A DNA stretch of 64,000 nucleotides from Verrucomicrobiaceae bacterium (GCA_051252135.1 JBPOGH010000010.1:1-64000); one strand, 5' to 3'; shown: positions 18,319 to 30,100, counted from the stretch's first letter. The notes: generated by a model from the sequence alone, not told the origin. A program made the numbers and translations.

Positions 18319-19260
18319 ATGAAACAGGTTTTGGGATTAATCATTGGGTTGGTGGTGGGAATTGCGGGTGGGGTGATGTTTACGAAGAGCATTGCGCCGG
18401 AGGAGGGGACGGTGGAGGAGGAGTTGGCCTTGAAGGAGCGGGAGTTGCGGAAAGCGGAGGGTCGGATTCGGGCGCTGGTGGCGGACGGGCATACGGACGG
18501 GAAGCGTCGGGTGAGGGACGGGATGCGCGATATTATGCGGCGGATCCGGAGGGGGGATGAGGTGAGTCTGGATGATGTTTTTGTGACGATGAAGCCGTGG
18601 ATGCGGGATATGGCTCCGCTTTTTGACCGGATTCGTCAGGTGAATGAGGAGGAGTGGGCGGATACGATGAGTGGTCGGTGGGCGAGTGATTACAATTTGA
18701 GTGATGCGGAGAAGGGGCGGTTGAAGGAGTGGTTCAAGCAGAAGAGTCGGGAGCGGGCGGGGGAGTTTGTGGATGTGGTGCAGAGTGATGAGAGCGGGTT
18801 TGTGGATTTTGTGCGGGCGACGGAATACGATTGGCGGGATGCCGAGGGGGCGGAGAAGATGATGGCGGGAATGTTGGAGGGAGAGGAATTGGCGAAGTTC
18901 AAAGCGGATCGGCTGGAGAAGCGGCATGAGAGTGTGGAGGGGGAGGCGCATCGGAATTTGACGCGGCTGGATGAAGTGGTGGAGCTGGATGAGGAGCAGC
19001 ATTTTCAGCTCTTTGGGGTGATGACGCGGGGGTCGGATGATTACCGCGAGGGGATGGAGTTTGACGGGATGGAGTCGGGGGTGGCGAAGCTGGATCGTGA
19101 TGGTCGGAATGAGGCGATTGAGTCGGTGTTGCGTCCGGAGCAGAAGGAGCTTTTGGAGGCGTATCGTCAGGAACGGCAGGAGAAGGCGGAGGCGGACATG
19201 GCGAAGATTGGGCTGAGTTTGCCGAAGGATTGGGATTTGCTAGAGGGAGATCGGTTCTAG
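18319..19260 (+). CDS. Membrane-anchored helical hypothetical protein
   Basis: N-terminal TM then coiled coil; L...Q repeats. Confidence 0.75.
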   Translation: MKQVLGLIIGLVVGIAGGVMFTKSIAPEEGTVEEELALKERELRKAEGRIRALVADGHTDGKRRVRDGMRDIMRRIRRGDEVSLDDVFVTMKPWMRDMAPLFDRIRQVNEEEWADTMSGRWASDYNLSDAEKGRLKEWFKQKSRERAGEFVDVVQSDESGFVDFVRATEYDWRDAEGAEKMMAGMLEGEELAKFKADRLEKRHESVEGEAHRNLTRLDEVVELDEEQHFQLFGVMTRGSDDYREGMEFDGMESGVAKLDRDGRNEAIESVLRPEQKELLEAYRQERQEKAEADMAKIGLSLPKDWDLLEGDRF

Positions 19261-19374
19261 AACACGAGAGCTGACGAAGAATTCAAACGATCAGGTATCC
19301 ATGGATAATTTTAGAATGATAGTGAGTGGCGGGGGTGCTGTTTCCCTCACGCGTAGGAATGGTCCGGTGGACCG

Positions 19375-20319
19375 ATGAACGGTGCGATTGAGATTAAGGA
19401 TTTGCGGGTCGATTACGGGGATTTTGTGGCGGTGAGTGATATCAGTCTGAGTGTTCCTTACGGGGAGGTGTTTGGGTTGGTGGGGCCGAATGGGGCTGGG
19501 AAGACGAGCACGTTTAAGGTGTTGGCGACGCTGATGGAGCCGACGTATGGAGAGGTGAGTTTGGCGGGGATCGATATTTTGGAGGAGACGGAGAAGGCGC
19601 GGGAGTTGATTGGTTACATGCCGGATTTGGCACCGGTGCCGGCGGACCTGAAGCTGTGGGAGTTCTTGGATTTTCATGCGGACACGCATCGGTTGGGTGG
19701 GCGACGGGCGCGACGGGAGCGGGTGGATGAGTGTCTGGCGCTGGTGAATCTGACGGATAAAGAGAACGCGTGGTGCAAGGAGCTATCGCGTGGACAGACG
19801 CAGCGGTTGGTGTTGGCGAAGACGCTGTTGCATCGGCCGAAGGTGATGATTCTGGATGAGCCGGCGAGTGGGTTGGACCCGCTCTCGCGGCGGGAGATGC
19901 GTCATGCGCTGCAGGGGCTGGCGAAGGGCGGGGTGACGGTGATTGTGAGCTCGCACATTTTGACGGAGTTGGCGGAGATGTGTTCGTCGCTTTGCGTGAT
20001 GAACGAGGGGCGTCTGCTGGCGTCGGGATCGGCCGAGGAAGTGAGGGAGAAGCTGGGTCGGAAAGAGCGGGCGATCACGGCGCAGTTTTTGAAGGTGGGC
20101 GATGCGCTCACGGGGTGGCTGGGTGAGCAGGAGCGGGTGGCGGAAGTGAAGGTGGATCGGGACAAGGTGACGTTTCTTTTCAGAGGGAATGATGAGGACC
20201 AGGCGGGCTTTTTGACGGAGCTGGCGGTGGCGGGATTTGGGGTGAAGACCTTTGTGGAGGCGGGGTCGTCCTTTGAAGATATTTTGGTGGAAGTGGCAGA
20301 AGGGAATCGAGAAGCATGA
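19375..20319 (+). CDS. ABC transporter ATP-binding protein
   Basis: GPNGAGKT, LSRGQ, ILDEPASG, SSH. Confidence 0.93.
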   Translation: MNGAIEIKDLRVDYGDFVAVSDISLSVPYGEVFGLVGPNGAGKTSTFKVLATLMEPTYGEVSLAGIDILEETEKARELIGYMPDLAPVPADLKLWEFLDFHADTHRLGGRRARRERVDECLALVNLTDKENAWCKELSRGQTQRLVLAKTLLHRPKVMILDEPASGLDPLSRREMRHALQGLAKGGVTVIVSSHILTELAEMCSSLCVMNEGRLLASGSAEEVREKLGRKERAITAQFLKVGDALTGWLGEQERVAEVKVDRDKVTFLFRGNDEDQAGFLTELAVAGFGVKTFVEAGSSFEDILVEVAEGNREA

Positions 20320-22001
20320 GTGAAGTGAGAGAGCGCAGGGGCACGGTTCCCGTCTGGAAGATTTGGGCGAATCCGATTGTGCGGCGGTATGCGCGGAGTC
20401 GGCTGCGGCCGGTATCGCTGGGGGTGTTTGCGCTGATCTTTGTGCTGATTGCGGCGTTTATTTTCTTTGTGGTGCGGCAGACCGCGATTTATCAGGGCGG
20501 GTTGTCGGTGGTGGATGCGGCGCGGATTCCGATCATGCCCTTGTTGGTGCTTCAGGGGATTATTTTGTTTATGCTGGGGACGGGGCAGGTGGCGGGGGCG
20601 ATGACGGCGGAGGCGGATGAAGGGGTGTTGGATTATCAGCGTTTGGCGCCGATGACTCCGCTCTCGAAGGTGGTGGGATATCTTTTTGGATTGCCGATCC
20701 GGGAGTGGGTGATTTTTGCGTGCACGCTGCCGTTCTCGATCTGGTCGATGTGGGAGGGTGAGGTTCCGCTGAAGGTGGGGGTTCAGCTGTATGCGGTATT
20801 TGTTGCGGCGGGGGTGCTTTATCACATGACGGGATTGTTGGCGGGGACGGTGATGAAGAACCGAAGGTGGGCGTTCCTGAGTGCGATGGGGTTGATTTTT
20901 GTGCTCTACACGGTGCTGCCGCAGGTGTCGAAATTTGGCCTGGTCTACTTCAAGTATTTGACGATTTTGCCGGTGGTGGAGGAGAGCTCTCCTTTTTTGA
21001 TCGAGCGGAAATTGGGAGCGGCGCTTGAGACGTATCAGCGGTTTGTGCCGATGGCGCGGTTCTTTGGGCTGAACTTCCCGCAGGTGGTGTTCACTCTGCT
21101 TTCACAGGGAGTTCTGGTGTTGGTGATGGGGACGATGTTGTGGCGGCGTTGGCGGCGGGCGGAATCGCATCTGTTAGGGAAGATTGGAGCGGTGGGATTT
21201 TTTGGGTGGATTCAGTTGGTTCTGTTGGGGAATGCGTTGCCGTTGATTGAAACGGGTGAGCTTTTTCCATCGCGGGAGATGTCTCGACGCTGGGGAAGAT
21301 TTGCGGGGGATAATTTTAAGAATTGGTCGCCGGAGCCGGGGGAGGTGTTGGTGATGCTGGGGATGTTTGGGGTGGTGACGATTGTGATGTTGTGGTTGAT
21401 GATTGCGTTGATCACGCCGGACTTTGAGGGGCAGGTGCGGGGGTGGCGTCGGGCGCGGAAGCGGGGGCGGGAGACGTTGTCGGTGATTTCCGATCCGGCG
21501 ACATCGACGCCGTGGGTGTTGGCGATGGTGGGGATCGGGTTTGTGGGGTGGGTGAGCTTTGCGAAGGAGCTGATCAACTCGAGGTGGTTTCCGGAGTATG
21601 AGCTCTCGGTGGCGGCGCCGGTGGTGATATTGATCACGCTGTTTTCGGCGGGGATTTTGTTTCAGACGGTGTGGGAGTCGAAGGGGAAGAAATTTACGGG
21701 AATGATGGTGATATTGGTGGGGGTGGTGCCGGTGATGCTGGGGACGATCCTGGCGGTGACGGATGAATCGCTGCATGCGGGAGCGGTGTGGTTGATCGGG
21801 ATTTGTCCGCTGGCGTGGCCGGTGTATGGGGCGCAGATTATTGTGCCGATTGAGGAGGTGCCGCTGGGGATTGCGCGGGCGATTCCGATGGCGTTTTATT
21901 TTTGGCAGGGGGTGAGTGTGCTGGGATGTTTGTGGATGCTGAAGTTTCTGTGGAAAACGCGGAAGGTGACGGCAGAGAAGACGGTGGGGGGGAATGAATG
22001 A
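20316..22001 (+). CDS. ABC-2-type permease-like polytopic membrane protein
   Basis: NPIVRR..R motif, many TM segments, E...G.LD..RLAP; coupled to the ATPase gene. Confidence 0.75.
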   Translation: MSEVRERRGTVPVWKIWANPIVRRYARSRLRPVSLGVFALIFVLIAAFIFFVVRQTAIYQGGLSVVDAARIPIMPLLVLQGIILFMLGTGQVAGAMTAEADEGVLDYQRLAPMTPLSKVVGYLFGLPIREWVIFACTLPFSIWSMWEGEVPLKVGVQLYAVFVAAGVLYHMTGLLAGTVMKNRRWAFLSAMGLIFVLYTVLPQVSKFGLVYFKYLTILPVVEESSPFLIERKLGAALETYQRFVPMARFFGLNFPQVVFTLLSQGVLVLVMGTMLWRRWRRAESHLLGKIGAVGFFGWIQLVLLGNALPLIETGELFPSREMSRRWGRFAGDNFKNWSPEPGEVLVMLGMFGVVTIVMLWLMIALITPDFEGQVRGWRRARKRGRETLSVISDPATSTPWVLAMVGIGFVGWVSFAKELINSRWFPEYELSVAAPVVILITLFSAGILFQTVWESKGKKFTGMMVILVGVVPVMLGTILAVTDESLHAGAVWLIGICPLAWPVYGAQIIVPIEEVPLGIARAIPMAFYFWQGVSVLGCLWMLKFLWKTRKVTAEKTVGGNE

Positions 22002-22043
22002 TTTAAGAATTGGACGAATGGATGATTGGCTTGGTTGGGGGGG
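21991..22043 (+). repeat. Dispersed repeat copy 2
   Basis: Same 26-nt core; overlaps the permease stop codon. Confidence 0.85.
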
Positions 22044-22086
22044 ATTTTGTGCTCCCCAGATGGGGGGAGGGGGTGTTGAGTGGGGC

Positions 22087-23271
22087 ATGGTCACGATCGG
22101 AACGCCTTTTACTTCGTCTGCCAAGAAAGTGATGCTTTGTGGATCGGGGGAATTGGGGAAAGAGGTGGCGATTGAGTTGCAGCGGTATGGGGTGGAGGTG
22201 ATTGCCTGTGATGCGTATGCGAATGCGCCGGCGATGCAGGTGGCGGATCGGGCGCATGTGTTTTCGATGCTGGACGGGGCGGAGTTGCGCCGGGTGATTG
22301 AGCTGGAGCGACCGGACCTGGTGGTGCCGGAGGTGGAGGCGATTGCGACGGATACTTTGGCGGAGATTGAGGCGGAGGGCTTGGCGACAATTATTCCGAC
22401 GGCGCGGGCGACGCAGCTGACGATGAACCGCGAGGGGATTCGGCGGACGGCGGCGGAGGAGCTGGGGTGTGCGACGTCGCCTTATCGATTTGCGGGAACG
22501 CTGGAGGAGTATGAGGCGGCGATTGCGGAGATTGGGCTGCCGTGTGTGGTGAAGCCGATTATGTCGTCGTCGGGAAAAGGTCAGACGACGCTCAAGTCGG
22601 AGGCTGATGTGTTGCCGGCGTGGGAGTATGCGCAGGAGGGTGGGCGTGCGGGGGCGGGGAAGGTGATTGTGGAGGGGTTTGTGGATTTTGATTATGAGAT
22701 CACGTTGTTGACGGTGCGTCATGCGGGTGGGACGTCCTTTTGTGATCCGATCGGGCACATTCAGGTGGACGGTGATTACCGGGAATCGTGGCAGCCACAG
22801 GCGATGACGGAGGCGGCTCTGGCGAGTGCGCAGGAAATGGCGGGGAAGGTGACGGAGAATCTTGGCGGATACGGGGTGTTTGGGGTGGAGCTTTTTGTGA
22901 AGGGTGATGAGGTTATCTTTTCCGAGGTATCGCCGCGGCCGCATGATACGGGGATGGTGACGATGATTTCGCAGGACCTGAGTCAGTTTGCGCTGCATGC
23001 GCGGGCGATTTTGGGGTTGGCGATTCCGAACATTCGCAACCACGGGGCAAGTGCGTCGTGTGCGCATGTGGTGGAGGGGACGTCGGAGGAGGTGAGCTTT
23101 GGGAAGGTGGAGGCGGCGTTGGTGGAGCCGGATACGCAGCTGCGACTTTTTGGGAAACCGAAGGTGGCGGGGAAGAGGCGGATGGCGGTGGGGTTGGCGC
23201 GTGGGGGGGATGTGGAGGAGGCGCGGGAGAAGGCGCGTGGGGTGATTGGGGCGTTGGAGACGAGGCTGTGA
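22087..23271 (+). CDS. purT: Formate-dependent phosphoribosylglycinamide formyltransferase
   Basis: [46 protein letters not shown]. Confidence 0.96.
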   Translation: MVTIGTPFTSSAKKVMLCGSGELGKEVAIELQRYGVEVIACDAYANAPAMQVADRAHVFSMLDGAELRRVIELERPDLVVPEVEAIATDTLAEIEAEGLATIIPTARATQLTMNREGIRRTAAEELGCATSPYRFAGTLEEYEAAIAEIGLPCVVKPIMSSSGKGQTTLKSEADVLPAWEYAQEGGRAGAGKVIVEGFVDFDYEITLLTVRHAGGTSFCDPIGHIQVDGDYRESWQPQAMTEAALASAQEMAGKVTENLGGYGVFGVELFVKGDEVIFSEVSPRPHDTGMVTMISQDLSQFALHARAILGLAIPNIRNHGASASCAHVVEGTSEEVSFGKVEAALVEPDTQLRLFGKPKVAGKRRMAVGLARGGDVEEAREKARGVIGALETRL

Positions 23272-23277
23272 GGGGAG

Positions 23278-23502
23278 GGAATGGATGATTTGAGAATTGG
23301 ACGAATGGATGATTGGCTTGGGTTGAGGGGATGAACACCGAACATTTAACATCTAACATTTAGATTTGAACGGGGAGCTTGGTTGGGGGGCTTGGTTGGG
23401 GGCTTGGTTGGGGGCTTGGTTGGGGAGCTTGGTTGGGGGGTGAGAATTTGGAATTTAGAATTAGGGATTAGGAATTGCTTGGTGGGGGGCGTGGTTGGGG
23501 GG
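23278..23502 (+). repeat. Composite repeat block: dispersed repeat copy 3, heptamer runs and (GGGGGCTTGGTT)-like tandem units
   Basis: Read directly from the purT to ATPase spacer. Confidence 0.85.
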
Positions 23503-23640
23503 ACAGAGCGGGACGTTGCCTAAAGGCTATTTGTCTTCGACCATCTCCGCTTTGCTCCGGTTCCACTTCGTTCCGGTTCTTGCTCCTTATTGGTTTTGGG
23601 GGCTTGTGGTGGGGTGGTTTGGGGGTAGGGTGAGGGTGAT

Positions 23641-25545
23641 TTGAGTGAGGAGAAGAATGGAAGCCACGGGAGTGGGGAAGAGTGGCGCTTTTTGATGTTT
23701 CAGGCGGTGCTTTGCGGGCTGTTGATTGTGGCGGCGGTGGTGGCTGAGAAGTTGATGGAGGTGGAGGGGCGTGTGATTGTGGCTTTTTATGTGGGCGCGA
23801 TTTTGGCGGGGGGATTTGATGCGGCGCGGGATGCCTGGAAGGGGTTGAGGAAGAGGAAGATCGATATTCATTTTTTGATGATCACGGTGGCGGTGGGGGC
23901 GATGATCATCGGGGCGTGGCAGGAGGGGGCGTTGTTGTTGTTTTTGTTTTCGCTGGGTGGGGCGCTGGAGCATTTTGCGTTGCACCGGATGAATCGGGAG
24001 ATATCGGCGCTGCATCAGGCGGCTCCGAAGATGGCGCGGGTGGTTCTTGAGAATGATGAGACCGAAGAGCGGCCGGTGGAGGAACTGGTGAAGGGGGACC
24101 GGATTCAGGTGCGGCCGGACGAGGTGTTTCCGGTGGATGCGAAGGTGCTGGAAGGGCATACCGAGGTGGATGAATCGAGTCTGACGGGGGAGGCGATTCC
24201 GGTGGCGAAGGATGTGGGGGATGCGCTTTCGAGCGGGACGCTGAATCTTTGGGGGGCGGTGACGGCGGAGGTGCTGCGTCCGGTGGATGAGAGTTCGCTG
24301 GCGAAGATTATCCGGATGATCGAGGAGGCGCAGGAATCGAAGGCGCCGAGTCAGCGGTTTACGGATCGCTTTGGGTCGACCTATGCGGTGGGGGTGTTGG
24401 TGGCGGCGGCGTTGATGTTTTTAGTGTGGTGGCTGGGGTTTGATCTTTCGATGAGGGACGCCTTTTATCGGGCGATGACCCTGCTGGTGGTGGCGAGTCC
24501 GTGTGCGCTGGTGCTCTCGATTCCCTCTGCGATTCTGGCTGGGATTGCGTGGGGGGCGAAGCACGGGGTGTTGTTTCGCGGGGGAAGTGCGATTGAGGAG
24601 CTGGGGCAGATTGATACGATCGCGCTGGATAAGACGGGGACGCTGACGGCGGGGCAGATGGAGGTGATGTCGGTGGAGACCTTTCCGCCGGGGCGGGAGG
24701 CGGATTTTTTAGAGATCGCGCATTCGATTGAGCGGGAGTCGAACCATCCGATTGCGCGGGCGTTGACGCGTTATTGCGAGGAGCGGGAGGTGAAGGTTCG
24801 GAAGTTGAGTAATTTGAGATCGTTGACGGGGATGGGGATTCAGGCGGATGTGGAGGGAGAGACGTTTTCGCTCGGGCGGCGGGAGCTGGTGAAGGATGAT
24901 CCGCGGGTAGGCGATGTGGGGGAGCGGAGTTTTGAGAACAGCGAGGTGTGGCTGAAGGGGGCGGAATTTATTGGGCGGATTCAGCTGCATGATGAGATTC
25001 GGCTGGAGAGCAAGGAGGTGCTGCGGAAGTTGCGGGAGCAGGGGATCACGACGGTGATGCTGACGGGTGACAATCCGGGAGCGGCGGAGCCGGTGGCGAA
25101 GGAACTGGGGATTGATGAAGTGCTCGCGGGGCTGCACCCGGACGGGAAGGTGGCGTTTATTCAGAAGAAGCTGAATGAGGGGCACAAGGTGGCGATGGTG
25201 GGTGACGGGGTGAATGATGCGCCGAGTCTGGCGGCGGCGGATGTGTCGATTTCGATGGGCGGGCGCGGGAGTGACGCGGCGTTGGAGCAGGCGGATGTGG
25301 TGCTGGTGAATGACCGGATCGAGAAGCTGGAGAGTGCGCTGAGGCTGAGCCGGAAGGCGCGGGTGGTGATTAAGCAGAACCTGGCGATCTCGCTGGGGAC
25401 GGTGGTGGTGATGGTGGGGGCGACCCTGTTAGCGACGGTGCCGCTGGCGTTGGCGGTGGTGGTTCACGAGTCGTCGACGGTGTTTGTGTGTCTGAACAGC
25501 TTGCGGCTTTTGTTTTTGAAGGAGGACGAAAAAAGCCCCGCATGA
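23641..25545 (+). CDS. Heavy-metal translocating P1B-type ATPase (P1B-4-like)
   Basis: LTGE, VASPCAL, DKTGTLT, HP, GDGVNDAPSL, HESST; no N-terminal metal-binding domain. Confidence 0.92.
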   Translation: MSEEKNGSHGSGEEWRFLMFQAVLCGLLIVAAVVAEKLMEVEGRVIVAFYVGAILAGGFDAARDAWKGLRKRKIDIHFLMITVAVGAMIIGAWQEGALLLFLFSLGGALEHFALHRMNREISALHQAAPKMARVVLENDETEERPVEELVKGDRIQVRPDEVFPVDAKVLEGHTEVDESSLTGEAIPVAKDVGDALSSGTLNLWGAVTAEVLRPVDESSLAKIIRMIEEAQESKAPSQRFTDRFGSTYAVGVLVAAALMFLVWWLGFDLSMRDAFYRAMTLLVVASPCALVLSIPSAILAGIAWGAKHGVLFRGGSAIEELGQIDTIALDKTGTLTAGQMEVMSVETFPPGREADFLEIAHSIERESNHPIARALTRYCEEREVKVRKLSNLRSLTGMGIQADVEGETFSLGRRELVKDDPRVGDVGERSFENSEVWLKGAEFIGRIQLHDEIRLESKEVLRKLREQGITTVMLTGDNPGAAEPVAKELGIDEVLAGLHPDGKVAFIQKKLNEGHKVAMVGDGVNDAPSLAAADVSISMGGRGSDAALEQADVVLVNDRIEKLESALRLSRKARVVIKQNLAISLGTVVVMVGATLLATVPLALAVVVHESSTVFVCLNSLRLLFLKEDEKSPA

Positions 25546-25565
25546 GTGACACGCGAGGCTTTTTG
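25530..25565. terminator. Bidirectional terminator
   Basis: AAAAGCCCCGC...GCGAGGCTTTT between convergent genes. Confidence 0.6.
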
Positions 25566-25587
25566 AAAAGTGAGTTGAACTCGATGT

Positions 25588-26220
25588 TTAGTCTTGGTCG
25601 CCGAGGTATTTGGAGACGCCTTCGTGTGAGGCGGTCATGGCGTCGTCGCCTTTTTGCCAGTCCATGGGGCAGACTTCGCCGTGTTGTTCGAAGTGCTGGA
25701 GGGCGTCGATGGTGCGGAGGCACTCTTTGACGGAGCGGCCGAGGGGCATGTCGTTGACGACCTGGTGGCGGACGATGCCTTCCTTATCGATGAGGAAGAG
25801 GCCGCGGTAAGCGACGAGCTCGCCCTCGATGGCGATGTTTTCGTCTTCGTCCATGACGACGTCGCCCGCGAGGACGTCGTAGTCCTCGGAGATGGTCTTG
25901 TTGATATCAGCGACGAGGGGGTAGCTGACGCCCTGAATGCCGCCCTGGGCGCGGGGGGTGTTGAGCCAGGCCCAGTGGGAGAATTCGGAGTCGGTGGAGC
26001 AGCCGACGACGGCGACGTCGCGGGCTTCGAACTCGGCGAGTTCCTCCTGGAAGCGGTGGAGTTCGGTGGGGCAGACGAAGGTGAAGTCCTTGGGGTAGAA
26101 GAAGAGGACGACGTATTTTTTGCCGAGGAACTGGTCGAGGGAGAAGTTATCGATGATGAGTTCGCCTTGGACGGCTTTGGCGGAGAAGGACGGGGCTTTT
26201 TTTCCAACGAGGACAGACAT
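25588..26220 (-). CDS. ahpC: 2-Cys peroxiredoxin (AhpC/TSA)
   Basis: FYPKDFTFVCPTE and GEVCP. Confidence 0.92.
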   Translation of the reverse strand: MSVLVGKKAPSFSAKAVQGELIIDNFSLDQFLGKKYVVLFFYPKDFTFVCPTELHRFQEELAEFEARDVAVVGCSTDSEFSHWAWLNTPRAQGGIQGVSYPLVADINKTISEDYDVLAGDVVMDEDENIAIEGELVAYRGLFLIDKEGIVRHQVVNDMPLGRSVKECLRTIDALQHFEQHGEVCPMDWQKGDDAMTASHEGVSKYLGDQD

Positions 26221-26304
26221 TTTGGTAGATGGGTTAGTTAGGGTCGAATTGACGGGCGGGGACTAGGGGGAGGGCGGGGGAGGGTCAAGTGGAGTCTGCG
26301 AACT

Positions 26305-26509
26305 TTGAACGGGGAGAGCTTGGGTTGGGGGGGAGGGAATGGATGATTTGAGAATTGGACGAATGGATGATTGGCTTGGTTGGGGGGCTGGGTAGGGGGA
26401 GAGATTTGAAATTTGAGCACGAAACATGAGATTTGAGAGGCTTGGGTTGGGGGGAGGGAATGGATGATTTGAGGATTGGACGAATGGATGATTGGCTTGG
26501 TTGGGGGGG
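26305..26509 (+). repeat. Dispersed repeat copies 4 (26336-26387) and 5 (26457-26509) around a heptamer run
   Basis: Same 26-nt core present twice. Confidence 0.85.
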
Positions 26510-26587
26510 AGGTGTGCGGAAATAATGTGATTTTTTCCAAGAATTCGGGTGTTGCGCTGTCGTTAGGATAGAAAAGAATGTTTCCCA

Positions 26588-27160
26588 GTGTCTCAAGGAA
26601 CCTCCAATCGGGCTTCGCGCCCTGCGATTATGCGCCTGCCCGGTAAACGAACCGGGGCGGTGAAGGTGAGTCTGGAGGCCGTGTTTATGGCTGAGGAGAC
26701 GCCCTTACTGCATTATGCGTATGGGATTTTGGGGCGGCGGGAGTTGGCGGAGGAGGTGGTGCAGGATGCTTTTTTGAAGTTGCATGAGCATTGGGCGGAG
26801 GTGGAGGTGCCGCGGGCGTGGCTTTTTCGATGTGTGCGGAATTTGGCGCTCAATGTGATTCGGAAGAACAAGCGGGAGGTGATGGATGAGCGGGCGGGGG
26901 AGAGTGAGTCATCGCGGGAGCGGCCGGATGAGGAGCTGGGGAAGATGGAGGCGGTGGGGATGGTGCGGCTGTTGGTGGCGGAGATGGAGGGGCGGGATCA
27001 GGAGATGGTGCGGATGAAGTATTTTGAGGATTTGAAGTATCAGGAAATTGCGGAGCGGCTCGAGATGAGCGTGGGGAATGTGGGTTACCGGTTGCATCAC
27101 TTGCTGAAGGACCTGGGAGAACGACTTAGAAAATCTGGAATTGAAGGAGGGATGTCATGA
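26588..27160 (+). CDS. ECF-type RNA polymerase sigma-70 factor
   Basis: AEEVVQDAFLKL, AWLFRCVRN, YQEIAERLEMSVGNVGYRLHH. Confidence 0.92.
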   Translation: MSQGTSNRASRPAIMRLPGKRTGAVKVSLEAVFMAEETPLLHYAYGILGRRELAEEVVQDAFLKLHEHWAEVEVPRAWLFRCVRNLALNVIRKNKREVMDERAGESESSRERPDEELGKMEAVGMVRLLVAEMEGRDQEMVRMKYFEDLKYQEIAERLEMSVGNVGYRLHHLLKDLGERLRKSGIEGGMS

Positions 27161-30100
27161 ATGACGAATTGTATAGTTTTATTGAACCCGAGCTGGAGGC
27201 CCGTCTGGTGGCCCTGGTGCTGGGGGAGGCGTCGGCTTTTGAAAAGGAAGAGCTGGAGCGGATCATGGCGGAGCGTCCGGAGGTGGGGATTTGGAAGCGG
27301 CGGATGGAGGCGGTGCATGGCTTGTTAGGCGATGCGGCAAAGGTGGAGGATGATGCGGAATGGAAGTTGTCGGGGGAGCGTCGGGCGAAGGTGCTCGGGG
27401 TGCTGAAGGGGACGGTGGAGGAAGAACCCATCCGGGTGGAAGTGAAGAAGCGGCGCTATTCGAAGCAGAGTCTGTCGGCTTTGGCGGCGGCGATTGCGAT
27501 CGGGGTGGTGATTGTGGGGACGTCGAACCGCTTGAAGGTGAAGTCGGAGAAGAGTGGGGTGGCAGCTGAGTTTGCTGATCGGGATGAGAGATCGAGAGAG
27601 TTTGGTATTGCTCCCACCGTGGAAACGCGATTTGAGGCCAAACTGGTGGAAGAGCAGGAGGCGTTAATCCGGCAGGAAGGGATCGTTGCTGAGAAGCGTA
27701 ACGCGCTCGCGGCTGTGATTCAGCAGAATGCGATTCCTTATTTTGATGGGGGGAGTGATACCAATGGCAGGGTAGCAGATCAGTCGAGTGTCGCTTTGGA
27801 TGCGATTGATGCGGCGATGATTCCGGAGGTGGCGATGGTGGAAGCGGAGGAGTCGTTGGGTGAGGTGGGGGATCAATTTGGGAGGAATCAGCATCGGGGG
27901 TATAGCGGGACGGTGGAGAGTGAGCCGGAGCTTGCGGTGAAGGTGGAGGGGAAGAAGGTTCCGGGTGAGGAGGTTGCTGATCGGTATGCGTATTTTTCGA
28001 AGGATGAAGGGACGGAGGCTCTACTGAAGCGGGCGAGGGTGGAGAAGAAGCCGAGCGCTCCCGGTGCTCCCCAGGCTCCGACATCGAGCATGGCGCGGGT
28101 GGTGAGGCGTTCTGCGGGAACGGAGGAATTGGCAAAGGTTGATGGAGAAGGATTTCAGGAGGAGCATGAGGTGAGGTTTGGGATGGAGCCCCAAACGAGG
28201 GGAACGCGGGCCCGGGTGGTGGCGTCGACTACGGCAGTGCCGCAGCAGGTGGAGGTTCCAGCGATGGAGGGGATGGAAGAGGAGACGCGGGACAATTTGC
28301 GTCGAGGTGGGATGGAGAAGGATTTGTCCTTGTATGCCGTGGTGGAGGACGATGTTTCGTTGCCCGGATTGACGGCGGTGCCAGAGAAGAAGTCGCAGCG
28401 TCCCGAAGTGGCCAGGAAGCAAATGGAGAGCGATTTCATGTCGCTGGATTTGGACGGTGATCTTGCGCCAGCGCCTCCGGTTGTTGAGTTGCAAGAGGGG
28501 GTGGTGGGGCAAGAGGTGGCGGAGATGAGTGGCGATTTTTTTGCGGCGCCGGAGAGGGATGCCAAGGGAGGATTTTCGGGAGGCGGGGTGGTCGTCGGGA
28601 AACCGGTTGATTTTGGGGATGCGGATGGATTTGGCAGCGGACTTGGCATTGGAGGGGGCGGGGAGACTGCGGCGCTCGGGTATGATTATTCCCTTGGGTC
28701 TCGTAAGGAGGATTCGGGGCTGCGGGTTGAGGGGAAGAATCACTGGGGCAGCGAGTCGGCTGTTGATGCGTTTTCATCCGCTGGAAATGAAGGTGAGAGG
28801 GAACAATTATCGACGAGCCGGTTCCAAAAGGAGGTTCCGGGGGTTCCAAAGAATGATGTTGCCTCGGTAGCGGGAATTGTGACGGCGGGGATGCGGAGTG
28901 GAAATGGTGCGGTGAATCTGGAGGCGATTGATGGGGCGCTCGCTGTTCCGGAGGTGGGGAAGAACTTCAAGAGTCGGGGTCGTCGTTTGATGGAGAGTGA
29001 TGAGCAGTTGGCTCAAATTGAGCTGAAGTATGTTGATGATCCGATTCGGACGAATCCGAGTTTGTCATACGAAGAGGATGAGCAAGCAGGTCTTCCTAGC
29101 ATTGCTATGATGCTTAAGAAAAGGGAGCCGCTGAATAGCACCGATCTGCGGAAGCGGCAGATGAGGGGGCTTGATCAGGTTTGGAAAGATGCAGTTCCCT
29201 ATGCGCGTTCGATGGAAAAGGTGACTGGTGACGAGATTCGGACTGCGGCTGGTCTTGAACCACCAAAAACGAAATTGGTGGAACTGCAGGAGTTGTTCTA
29301 TCGCTCATCCGTTGAAAAGAGTGATTTGTTATCGAAGGGGCTGGGAGAGAATCATCCTGATGTTGTTGCCGCTAACAAGGTCCTTAAGGAGCTGCTTGGG
29401 GAAGCCGCAGCGGAGGTTAAGAAGGAGGAGGCTGAAGTTTTGAGTGAGAGCGTGGGGGCTTCTTCACTCGCTGAGAAACTCGATCATATTATGATTCCTG
29501 CGGTGTCGTTTGAGGATACGACAATCGAAGAAGCTCTTAATTATCTTCTTTTGAAGGCTGGAATCCATGACCGGGTCACTCTCGATAACACTCAGAAGGG
29601 TTTTAACATTGTTCGCTATGTGAGGGACCAAAGTCGGCGACGTCTGTCGATGGAGGCGACTGAAGAGATGACCGCGCGGGAGTTTCTGGAGGAGATTGCC
29701 GAAAGGGCGGGGCTTGAGGTGGAGGTCGATGACTTCGCAGTGGTTGTCTCTGATAAAGGAGAGAAAGTTGAGCAGTGGGAGTATGAAAAGAGCGGAGAGG
29801 TATCGAGTGAGTTTGTTGATCGTAAGTTGAGGCAGATCGTCGTTCCGCAGGTCGATGTTCTTCATAGTACGCTGGGGGAACTTATTGATTTTCTAGAACT
29901 GAGATCGAAGGAATTTGATTCAACGACACTTGAGGCAGGCGATAAAGGAATGGAGTTTGTGCTGGAGGAACCAGGGCTGGCCGACCTCGAGTTGAATGTT
30001 CTTCAGCTAAGAAATGCTCCTTTGGTCGAGGTGGCGAAGCATGTTGCAAATATGACCGGAACCCGGTTCCGGGTTGATGGAGGGAGAGTGGTGTTTTTTG

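Noticed and set aside
25588..26220. Peroxiredoxin as a third selenoprotein
   Set aside because: Both catalytic positions are Cys codons; no in-frame TGA.
16703..26509. CRISPR array
   Set aside because: Repeats are mostly kilobases apart, with no regular unique spacers and no cas genes.
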